A DNA stretch of 64,000 nt from Malacoraja senta. Lineage: Eukaryota. The stretch spans positions 3,162,001 to 3,226,000 of the forward strand of contig CM075984.1 in NCBI GenBank assembly GCA_038087875.1. Direction: 5' to 3'. Every line of letters starts with the position of its first letter. Within the stretch, counting starts at the first letter, position 1. The translations under genes and the position numbers were made by a program. Of the stretch, positions 27,301-39,300 are shown piece after piece. The notes under the pieces are model-generated. The model was given only the letters and a program-made list of their open reading frames with translations, was not told the DNA's origin and searched no databases.

Positions 27301-30300
27301 CATTTTTGGAGATCAGGATGAGGGATCCTGTGTGTTGAAGGGTGATTCTACATCTCAAGAGGAGATAGTGACTGAAAAAGGGCCGGTGTCGCTGTCACGT
27401 GACCGGCTGGTTGAGGAGCAAAAGGGTGATCCAAGTTTGTCTGAGGTGTTCGACCGCGCGGTGCCTGAAGGGGATATGGATTCCACAGCAAAGGGGCATT
27501 TTCTAAGGGAGGGCTTGCTAATGCGAAAGTGGTCTCCCTTGGATGTATCTGGGCATGATGATTGGAGCGTGGTTGATCAGATTGTAATACCTCGTCGGTA
27601 TAGGGACGAGATACTCTGTTTGGCTCATGATGGTCCTCTGGGTGGGCATTTGGGAGTCAATAAGACGAATGACCGTATCTTATGGAATTTTTTTTGGCCA
27701 GGGTTGAAGAAGGACGTGAAACAGCAGTGTAGGTGTTGTCACATTTGCCAGGTGGCAGGAAAGCCGAACCAATCGATTGTTCCTGCGCCTTTGTATCCAA
27801 TCCCTGTGGTCGGTGAGCCGTTTGAGCGGATTCTAGTTGATTGTGTGGGTCCTCTACCTCGGACAAAGGGGGGCAACAAGTTTTTGTTGACAATAATGTG
27901 TGCGTCTACCCGCTTTCCTGAGGTGGTCCCTTTGCGTAGAATTACTGCCCCTACCATTGTGAAGTCTCTCACTAAGTTTTTTTCGTTGTTCGGTTTGCCC
28001 AAGGTGGTGCAGAGTGACCAAGGTTCCAACTTCATGTCGAAGGTTTTTGGTCAGGTAATGAAGTTGGTAAATATTAAACATTGTTACTCCAGTGCGTATC
28101 ACCCTGAGAGCCAGGGAGCTCTCGAGAGGTTTCACCAGACTTTGAAGTCTATGTTAAGAACTTACTGCCTGGAGTTTGAAAAGGACTGGGATGAGGGGGT
28201 TCATCGAGTTATGTTTGCGGTGCGTGAGGTCGTGCAGGAGTCTTTGGGGTTCAGTCCTGCTGACCTGGTGTTCGCGCATACTGTACGTGGTCCGTTGAGG
28301 GTCCTAAAGGAGACAAAGATACTCCGTTCCACATTTTCGAAGACTACTGTCCCGAGATAGTTGAACAACGCTTCGCGTACCGAGACGTTATGAAGGAACT
28401 GTATAACCTGGGTTTCAAACCCTCCCTTCATTATCCAGCCAAGCTGTTCATAATGTCCGGGGAGGGAAAGAGGCGACGACTAACATCTCCCGAGGACGCT
28501 CAGGATTTCATCTCATCTTACCGTCGATGAGACTGGGACCCACAGATGACTGACTTCGTTCAGTACGTCTATATTCGAGTGGTACAGGGGCCCGGTTAAC
28601 CTATGGTTACATGGACTAACTTTAGCTTGACTGTTCCTAATAACTAGCTATGGTTAGTGTTCAGCATTGCTGATTATGCTAGACCCCGGTTTCGAAATGT
28701 ATGAGGCTGGTAAGAAATCACCAGGATTTGTGAATATTTTATCAACTTTTTCTTATATTGTCTGGGTGTAATTGTGCTTGAGGGGTCCCTCACCATCATA
28801 TGCTATAAAGCTGGGCTTAAGAGACCCACTTTGTGGTTTGTGATTTGGTCTCTGCCTTCCTGTTCTTAGCAGCTGGCCGCTAACGCTGTCAGCACCTGGC
28901 TAGTTTGCTTATACTAATCTTCATAACGAACTGTCTGGGGCTGATAAGAGCTCATTACAGCCAGGGCTGTGTTATACAAATCTTATCTTATACCTTTTTT
29001 GTTTAACAAAACATAATTGATGCCTTTAGCGTTGCGCTTTAATCCAACAGCCCAGTTTGTAATTTGCTAACTTCTCCAACGCCAACTCTCTCTTTATACT
29101 TTGTCAATTTTAAGACATACTATGGAACACCAAAGGAAGTTATTCTGGCTCCACTTACACGTTAGCCGGTTTATTTAGTATCACCATTTTGTTAATATGC
29201 TTTGTCTTATTGTGACTATCGTCATTGCTATTATTACTATTAGTGTTAGCAATGGTACTGGCAGTGCAACCATTATGGTTATTATTTTAACTTTGCATTT
29301 ATCAATGTATGTTTATCTTACTTTATTCCTACTCTCTATTTTTCAAATTATTATCATCATCGTCATTATTACTATTACTATACTTATTTTACTTCATGTT
29401 ACCTTATCGACACTGAGTGACCGTCGCTTTGGGAAGCGGTGATATAGGGAGTTAAGATCGGATATCTCCATGCGGAAGCGAGGACAACGCACCTTGGTGC
29501 AATGGGCACTTAAGGTTCAGTTGAGACATGGGGGATCTCAGGTCTGGAGACTCAGGTTTGAAAGATGGTTAAATGATATGTGTTCCACTTGTTTGCTGTG
29601 TGTGTATGTTTTTGTTCTTGTTTTTTTGGGGTTTTTTGTTTTGTTTTTGTTTTATTTTACTTCATATATATATATATTTCTCCCCCCTCCCCCTCCACAT
29701 CCCCACTCTCGGCAGCTGGCTTTGATGCGCTCTTCCGTCTCGTTTTGCAGAACTACAGCGCATTACCCATATAGCTAAAAATGGCCAACACAAACGATAC
29801 TCTTAGATTTGTCTCGTGGAACGTGAGAGGGATGGGAAGTCCTACCAAAACTGATAGGATCTTGGCCCATTTGCAACAGCTCAAAGGCGATATATTCTTT
29901 ATCCAAGAGACCCACCTTCGCAACAGAGAGGTAACACGGCTTAAGAGAGGCTGGATTAGTCAACTATTTCACTCGAAATTCAATAATAGGGCTAGGGGCA
30001 CCGCTATCCTGATTCGTAAGAACATTAAGTTCGAACCACAGAAAACTGTGGAAGACCCTGCTGGTCGCTTTGTCATGGTGTCGGGCAAATTGCAAGACAC
30101 ACCTGTCATATTGGCAAGCATTTATGGACCCAACTGGGATGACAGCTCATTTATAACTAAATTTTTTACATCTCTCCCAAATATTGAAAATTACCATGTC
30201 ATTGTGGGTGGAGATTTTAACCTGGTCCAAGATCCTATACTGGATAGATCTTCGAATAAAGCCTCTACTTTAACTAAACCCGGTAAGACTCTGCATGTTC

Positions 30301-33300
30301 TTGCCAAACAACTGGGGCTCACAGATCCAAGGAGATTTATATTCCCCACGACTAAATTATTTTCATTTTTCTCCCACGTACATCGTACGTTTACCCATAT
30401 AGACTTCTTTCTCTTGGATAATAGATTGCTTTACAAAATCAAATCCAGTGAGTACCATAGCATCGTAATATCAGATCATGCTGCGACCTCCCTTGATCTT
30501 CATTTTCGTAAACGAACTAACCCCTTTAAGTGGAGGTTCAACTCCTCATTATTAGCAGAGGCTCAGTACATGCAATTCTTGCACTCCCAAATCACCCTAT
30601 ATTTTGAGCTGAATGACTCGCCGGACATAGAAAGAGGTATACTTTGGGAAGCTTCAAAAGCCTATATTAGGGGCCAACTCATTTCCTTTATCTCCAACCT
30701 GAAAAGAACCGAGACGTTCCAAACGGAAGATCTGTTACAAAAAATAAAGGACATTGATGACAAATATGCATCTGACCCAAACCCTAATCTCTATAGAGAA
30801 CGCCTTAGGCTACAAACAGACTTTGACCTCATATCCATTAATAAAGCCAAACTACGACTGCTTAAATCTAGGCAACACTTTTTTGAATCTGGGGATAAAG
30901 CTGGAAAGCTTTTGGCCCATCAGGCCAGAACAGAGGCGACTTCACGGCTAATTCCAGCCATTAGATCCAGCTCAGGGGAGACTCATACTGATCCTCTCAG
31001 AATTAATGAAGCATTTGCAAAATTCTACACTGAACTATACACTTCCGACTGTCCCCCCACTGCAGGTGACATGTTCAGTAGTATGACGCTTCCTCGAATT
31101 GACGAAGAAGCCATGAGAGACTTGGGTGGTCCCATAACTGTAGCTGAGGTCCAAGCAGCCATCACATCGCTGCAAAGCGGAAAGTCACCCGGCCCTGACG
31201 GCTTCTCGGTAGAATATTACAAAGCTTTCTCTGACCTCCTCGCACCAGTCCTGAGAGATATGTACAATGAGGCGTTTTTACATCGTCGCCTACCGCCCAC
31301 CTTGTCGTGGGCTACCATCTCCCTAATTCTTAAAAAGGAGAAAGATCCCCTGCTTTGTGGTAGCTATAGACCAATCTCACTCCTGAATGTGGACCTCAAA
31401 ATCCTTTCTAAAGCCCTTGCGCTTCGTCTTCAGCGAGTGATGCCCTCTATTATCTCGTTAGATCAAACAGGGTTTATACCTGGCCGACAGTCTTCCCATA
31501 ATACTAGACGTCTCCTTAACATCATTCACTCTTCGAGTAATGGGACCCCGGAGATGGTGGTCTCCCTCGATGCTGAAAAGGCCTTCGACAGGGTCGAGTG
31601 GAGGTACCTATATGAAGCGATGGATAGGTTTGGTCGGTAACAGTTTTATTCTCTGGGTGAGCCTATTATATTCGTCCCCGGTGGCTTCAGTACAAACAAA
31701 CGACATACTGTCGCCCCACTTCACACTTCAGAGAGGTACCAGACAGGGTTGCCCGTTATATCCACTCTTGTTTGATGTCGCGATAGAACCCCTGGCGGTC
31801 TGGTTACGCGCAGAGAAGGGCTTTAAAGGTATTACACGGTTTGACACAACTCATAAAGTCTCATTGTATGCGGATGACCTGCTCCTGTACATCTCAAACC
31901 CAGTCAGTTCTCTCCCTGTGATTATGAATATTTCAGAACGCTTTGGTGCATATTCTGGTTATAAACTTAACTATCAAAAGAGTGAGCTATTACCGATTAA
32001 CTTACCGGCTAAGCAGCTCCCTCGCTCTTTAACCTCATTCAAAAGGGCAGAGGATGGGTTTCGCTATCTCGGCGTTTTTATCACAATACCCTTATCTGAT
32101 ATGTTCCGCACAAACTTTTTGCCTCTGTTTGAGAAAGCCGAAAAAGATTTTGATCGCTGGTCAGTCTTACCGCTATCCCTCGTGGGCTGGATAAATCTGG
32201 TTAAGATGGTTGTCCTACCCAAATTCCTGTATCTTTTCCAGCATGTCCCCATACTTATCACCAAATCTTTTTTTGACAAATTAGAAAGGACAATATCTAA
32301 ATTCTTATGGGGTAGCAAACCGGTCAGAATCCGAAAGGCGATACTGCAGTCGCCTAAGAGTGATGGCGGTTTGGCCCTCCCTGATTTTAGGCGATACTAC
32401 TGGGCAGCTAACTTGCAAAAACTCTTGTATTGGATGAATGATGATTGCGAGCACCCACCGATCTGGCTTTATATGGAAAAGGCGAGTTCACGTCTCCCAT
32501 TGTGGTCTGTCCTATGCTCCCAACTCCCCCTTTCTATAACATCTGTGGGTGCAGGCCCAATTGTGTCCCTTTCGCTCAAGATATGGAGTCAATTTAGGAA
32601 AAACCTCGGTTTACAGGGTCCTTCCATCTTGACCCCACTGCTTAAAAATCACATTTTTAAACCTTCAAGTATAGACCACGCATTTAAAACCTGGCATAGT
32701 AATGGCATCAGTAGTATTAAAAACCTATATAAGGATGGTATCTTCTCATCTTTCGTGGAGCTCTCGTCTAACTACAACCTCCCAAACTCCTACCTTTTTC
32801 GTTTTTTCCAGATTAGGGATTTTGTGAAGAAGACATTTCCCTACTTCCCAAATCGCCCTCCTGAAACCCTGACTGATATCATCTTAGCTTTAGACCCCAA
32901 TCGGAAGAAATGCATCTATATTTTGTATAATTTGCTAGGGTCAGTTTTATTGAAACCTCATACCTCATTAAAAGCTGCGTGGGAGGGAGAGCTGAATAAG
33001 CAATTAACAGACCAGCAATGGGACTCTGCCTTGGATTTGATCCACTCTTCTTCCATATGCGCTCGTCATGGCCTAATCCAATGCAAAGTCCTTTACAAAG
33101 TCCACTATACAAATGCAAGATTAGCTAGAATGTACCCAGCTGTCAATGACACTTGTAACAGATGTAGTCAATCTCCTGCCAACCATAGCCACATGTTTTG
33201 GTCTTGCCCTAAGCTACCAGCCTTTTGGAGGAGTGCTTTTGAATTGATAAGCAGAGCTTACGACCAGACTATTCTTCCAAATCCAATGTCAGCCATTTTC

Positions 33301-36300
33301 GGTACCCCTCCCAATACCAACCTCTCTGTTGCAGTGAAACGGGTCCTAGCTTTTACAACCTTGTTAGCCCGGAGACTGATCTTGCTTAGTTGGAGGCTCA
33401 CCTGCCCCCCGACAAACGAAACTTGAAAAACTTAGGTTCTCTCTGAAAGGCTCTACCAAGACATTCCTAGATACATGGAACCCTTTCTTTGAACTGGTTA
33501 ACTCTCTTACCTTGTCCCCGGACTCGGAAGAGGACTGAGTGTTCTCCATCATCGTTTTGTTCTACAGCAGCTGCTTTCCCCTTAATCCCCCCCTCCCTAC
33601 AATTGTTTATTTAGATATATATGCATATATATATATATATATATTTTTTTTTAATTCTTTCTATTTTTATTTTTATATAGCACATTTTGTTTTGTCTATT
33701 CTACCATTTGTGTGTGGATGTGTACGTATGTGAGTGTTGTTTGTCCCCGTTTGTCTCCGACCTGACTTGGGTGGGTTGAAGGTGGGTAAGGGTAAGGATT
33801 TTGAGGATCGCTTACATACTGTTGTACAATTATGCCTTGATTATTACTGTCTGTTATTATTGTATGTATGTAAATTGCCGTGAAATTCAAATAAAAATAT
33901 TAAATTCGAGGGTCCTAAAGGAGAAATGGTTGCAGGAGGACAATAAACGGAGTATTTTAGACCACGTCTGTACCTTTTGGACTAAACTGAAGAGGGCAGG
34001 CGAACTGGCTATGGAGAATCTTGCTTCTGCTCAGTCTAGGATGAAGGGGTGGTTCGACAGGAAGGCTTCGAGTAGGAATTTTTCTCCAGGTGACAAGGTC
34101 CTGGTGTTGTTGCCTATTCCTGGTTCCAGTCTGCAGGCTCGATATAGCGGTCCCTATCAGGTGGTTAAGAAGGTTGGTGAAAGGGATTATGTTATTGGTA
34201 CCCCTGATCGAAGGCGTAAGACTCAGCTTTGTCATGTCAACATGATTAAGCAGTACCATGAGCAGGAGCCTGTGGAGGTTGATGGGGAGGTGCTGTGTCC
34301 TTCGGTTTCGTCTAAGCCTGTTTTGGCTGCAGTGGTGCTGCCCCCTGACATGGGTGGTGATGTGGGTGAGGCACGGTTGTCGGAGGCAGTGACGCAGGGA
34401 AGGCTGTGTAACTCTGAGGCTTTGGAGTCGCTTCCCTTGCGGCTGTCGCATTTGACTGAAAGTCAGCGGGGTGATCTGCTTTGTTTGGTGAAGTCAAATG
34501 GGTCACTGTTCTCGGATGTGCCTTCTCAGACGTCTGTGCTGCAGCATGACATTGACGGCCGGTGCTGCGCCAATTAAACAGCATCCGTATCGGGTCAACC
34601 CTGACAAGCGTCATCGTCTAGGGAGTCAGGTTGACTATATGCTGCGGCATGGCATTGCTGAATCTAGTTGTAGTCCGTGGAGTTCTCCGTGTCTACTGGC
34701 TACGAAAGCAAATGGGGAGGACAGGTTTTGCATGGACTTTCGGAAAGTAAACGGTGTAACTAAGCCGGATTGCTATCCTCTCCCACGAATGGAGGATTGC
34801 GTGGATCGTGTGGGAAGTGCGTTGTTTGTGTCTAAGTTGGACTTGTTAAAAGGGTATTGGCAAGTTCCCTTGACTGGGCGGGCAAGGGAGATCTCTGCGT
34901 TCGTTACGCCTGATAACTTTCTGCAGTATACGGTGATGGCATTTGGGATGCGCAATGCGCCAGCAACCTTCCAACGGTTGGTGAACATTGTATTGTCTGG
35001 TTTGACCTTCTGTGAGGCATACCTTGATGATTTGGTTGTGTGCTCCAGGTCGTGGATCAAACACATCGGTCATCTGAAGGAGGTATTCCATCGTCTAGCG
35101 GAGGCAAAGATAACTATCAATCTGGGGAAGTGTGAGTTTGGCCAGGCCACGGTAACGTATCTGGGTAAGGTGGTGGGCCGGGGTCAGGTTCGTACTCTCA
35201 AGGAAAAGGTGGAGCATATTGTCGCATTTCCTGCTCCAACCTCGAGGACTGAACTCCGTAGGTATCTGGCTATGGTTGGGTACTATAGGGGATTCTGTCC
35301 AAACTTCTCTGCGGTGGCTTCCCCTTTGACGAATTTGCTGAGTCCGAAGGTAGCTTTTGTGTGGTCCGCAGAGTGTCAACAAGCCTTTGATCATACTAAA
35401 AGTCTTCTGGTGCGCGCACCTGTGCTTGCGGCACCTGATTTTGAGATTCCATTTAAGCTGGCAGTGGATGCTAGTGATCGTGGGGTTGGGGGAGTTCTTC
35501 TACAGGATGATTCAGATGGGGTGGAGCATCCAGTTTCGTACTTCTCTAAGAAGTTTAATCGTCATCAGAAGTGGTACTCCACCATTGAGAAAGAAGCCCT
35601 TGCTATGTTGATGTCTCCGAGTCATTTCGAGGTTTATGTTGGCTCCTCGAATGTCCCTGTCATCATACTCACGGATCATAATCCGTTGGTATTTTTGAAT
35701 AATATGAAAAATAAGAACCGCCGGTTAATGAGTTGGAGTTTGCAGCTGCAAGACTATAACCTGGAGGTCAGGCATATCCGTGGCAAGGATAATGTCTTGG
35801 CTGACGCCTTGTCGCGCCAGTGGAGTTTAGCTCCTGAATAGTTTCGGGAATTTGGTGGTGTTTTTTCTCTCTTCCGAAACTTATTCAGTATCTTTGGGTG
35901 GGGGTGTGACACGCTCCCCCTCCTGGTCAATGTTGTGTGTTAACCTCTGTTTCTTCCCCAAGTGCAGGCTGGAAGGATCCTGTACCTGATTGGACAGGCT
36001 GCGTCAGGTGACGGCTGACTCATCCCCAGTATAAATGGAAGATTTCCCAGAGTTCTTTCTCTTTCGGTGACGACCCTGCCTCGTGAGGTTGTGCTGGTGT
36101 GAGCTATGAAAGGCCTGGCCACATGGCATAGAACTTCGTGTAATTCCATCATTACGTAGTACCAAATATTGAATTGGGCTGTCCTTAGACGTTATCGGTA
36201 TTTTGTTTCAGGGATAGCTTTCTTTTAGGCAGGTTTAGAGCCTCGGGTTCGACGGTCCATCGCGTGACTGGCCTGAGCACCTTTAAGTTGTTTGTTAATG

Positions 36301-39300
36301 CATTCATCCTTGTCTGGGTTGTTGGAAGCAGGTTTGTGTTTTGGGGTGTAATCAATAATTAAACTATTTTTGAAAGTAAACCTGGCTTTTGAATTGTGTT
36401 ACGCGGCTCTGGATTGCCTGCTTTCGGGGAGTCGTAACAATCATTCCCGGCGAGAGGGCCTGAACATCGGGCCTCCCGTGGCGGCGACTACGGGGTGCTT
36501 GGGAGCCCCCGACCACGGGAAGATCAGCGAGGAGGTGGACTGGACTTTGGTTCCTTCCCTCACAGTGGGGAACTTTGGTGCCGCTGTGGGGACGTTTATG
36601 TTTGTGTCGTGGATTTCTGTGTTTTGTGCCTTTTTTATTTTTTGTATGACTAAGGAAAATGGCATTTCGTTGTCTCTTATGAGACAATGACAATAAATTG
36701 AATCCAAACCAATCCAATCCAATTTATCCAACAACTTGTTACCTTTATAAGTTTTCATGTTCTTGTGACATTTTGAGACATTTTCTATTCTAGCGTTGTG
36801 GAAAACAATAAACATAATATTACACTACGACTTAACTTTCTACCTGAGAATTGTCTCAGCAATGCCTCAGGTGAAACAAATAGATTTAGTTTCCTGAATT
36901 GCACGTCCAAAGAGTGCTTCACTTAAGAGAAAAGGAAAGATTGATGAAAATAATAAATCAGAGGATTAAGATTCCTCCGTAAGTATCAAATGAGAGTTTA
37001 GATATTTGATACGTCAAATATTCACTTAGCTCAATTCAGAGATAATTATCACAAACTAGTTTGTAAACCTAAGTTATGATATTACAAATTAATTTTATAA
37101 TGATATACTTTGGGCTTTTTAGGTTTCTTTGCTACTATATTAAATAGGTTTAATTGGGGCTTATATTTACGCTGTTCACTTTTTCTACATGGAGCTGATT
37201 AATAAAAAGTTCAGATTTTTTGACAAAGCCATGTTATATACTTATTGAAATATAAAATTGAACTGTAATTGTTATTAATGTTGCTACTACTTTCCCACAA
37301 ATGAATCATTTTGTATGTTATATACAATATTTCCAACCTTGATCCTACAGATTTTTAAAATGTATCTTCATCTTATGCCTACACTGGTATATAATAACTT
37401 TATAAGTAGTTCTGTATGCCTATATCCTTTACGCTATATCCTTTCAGCCTACTTACAATACACAATAAGAGGATTTATCATTTACAAAAGATTTTTTGTT
37501 TGTTTTATATTGTTTAGTTTAGAGATACAGCGCAGAAACCGGTGCCGACCATCGACCCCGTACACTAGCACTATCCTAGAATTCTTACCGAAGCCAATTA
37601 ACCTACAAACCTGTACGTCTTTGGAATGTAGGAGGAAACTGGAGCACCTGGAGTGGTCACAGGGAGAACATACTAACTTCGTACACCCGTAGTCAGGATC
37701 AAACCCAGGTCTCTGCCACTGCAAGACTCTACCGCAACAGCCCCGTGCTGCCCTCAAAATTCTATAAATCCTTTTACAAGCCATCTGCTTGGTAAACATA
37801 TTCATTTTACAAGAGTTACAAAATGAATACTTGTTTTAACCTATCCCTAGCAAAATTCAATAATGTCATGCAGAGGTAACATAAGATAGAAAACAAAAAA
37901 TATCATTGTGTATTTTATATCCATTCGAGATACCTTTGGATGCTTTACACAATTATGATAATATGCTAGATTTGACGTTTTAATACGAAAGTAGCTGTAA
38001 GAATTCAAAGTAAAATAAAACTAGGTACAGACATTAATATTACGATGATTAGGGAGGATACTTTGAGCTAAGATAATGTGAAATAGAGTGATGTAAAAGG
38101 TAGTTTGTAATTATCAAATTATATTCTCAAATTTATATGTAGGTATGCAGGTGTATTAAATTAATTTTGATATTAAGGATGGATACTTTCTTATTACTAG
38201 CCACCTTTTCACCCAGATATTACCTTGTTTTGTTCTTCTATATTGTAGGTTTGGGGAAAAATTGCCTTATCACTTCCATCCTTCTCAATCCCTCGCTGTT
38301 GGAGGTAAAGTTGCCATTTGGTTTCAAAAGAAAAAAAGTTCTCACGGAAATCTGTGAACATGAACAAATTTAATGATGCAAAATACAGCAAATACATTTA
38401 GAATCTCATCATAAGTTCAATTATGACCTGAATAGAGATATATGGATGATACTCCACGTCTACATTCTTCATGTCCCCTCCACTGATCGCTCCCTGTCAC
38501 ATCATCATTACATAGAAACATAGAAAATAGGTGCAGGAGTCCATCCGGCCCTTCGAGCCAGCACCGCCATTCATTGTGATCATGGCTGATCGTCCCCTAT
38601 CAATAACTCATGCCTGCCTTCTCACCATATCCCTTGACTCCACTAGCCCCTAGAGCTCTATCTAACTCTCTTAAATCCATCCAGTGATTTGGCCTCCATT
38701 GCCTTCTGTGCATGGAATTCCACCAGTTCACAACTCTCTGGGTGAAAAAGTTTTTTCTCACCTCAGTCTTAAATGGCCTCCCCTTTATTCTAAGACTGTG
38801 GCCCCTGGTTCTGGACTCGCCCAACATTGGGAACATTTTTCCTGCATCTAGCTTGTCCAGTCCTTTTATAATTTTATGTTTCAATAAGATTCCCCCTCAT
38901 CCTTCTAAACTCCAGTGAATACAAGCCTAGTCTTTTCCATCTTTCCTCATATGAAAGTCCCGCCACCCCAGAAATCAATCTCGTGAACCTACGCTGCCCT
39001 GCCTCAATCACAAGAATGTCCTTCCTCAAACTAGGAGACCAAAACTGTACACAATATTCCAGATGTGGTCTCATCAGAGCCCTATACAACTGCAGAAGAA
39101 CCTCTTTACTCCTATACTGAAATCCTCTTGTTATGAAGGCCAACATTCCATTAGCTTTCTTCACTGCCTGCTGTACCTGTAAGCCAACTTTCAGTGACCG
39201 GTGTACAAGGACTCCCAGGTCTCGCTCTACCTCCCCCTTACCTAACCTAACCCCATTGAGATAATAATCTGCCCCCTTGTTTTTGCTGCCAAAGTGGATA

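Larger units (their letters stand above)
28314..33907 (+). mobile_element. 5'-truncated L1-clade LINE inserted in the integrase gene
   Basis: 17-bp TSD GAGGGTCCTAAAGGAGA (28297-28313 / 33908-33924); ORF1 C-terminus, spacer, ORF2, AATAAA at 33890-33895. Confidence 0.95.
24669..36439 (+). mobile_element. Full-length Gypsy LTR retrotransposon of the Gmr1 type (gag-PR-INT-RT-RH), interrupted by an L1
   Basis: Two 535-bp TG...CA LTRs, 5-bp TSD ATCAT (24664-24668 / 36440-36444), PBS, PPT, and integrase located upstream of RT. Confidence 0.95.
24112..36720 (+). mobile_element. ~830-bp non-coding retroposon (Rex1/Babar-like 3' end) split by the LTR element
   Basis: Pieces 24112-24668 and 36445-36720; ends gacaataaa + (ATCCA)n-like tail; 17-bp TSD with 2 mismatches (24095-24111 / 36721-36737). 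Confidence 0.7.

Noticed and set aside
26168-28360. 730-aa ORF as a host gene or novel integrase fusion
   Set aside because: It is retrotransposon gag-pol; the last residues are read-through into the inserted L1.
29197-29442. hydrophobic 81-aa ORF resembling a membrane protein
   Set aside because: Produced by (ATT/ACT)-rich low-complexity sequence in the L1 spacer.
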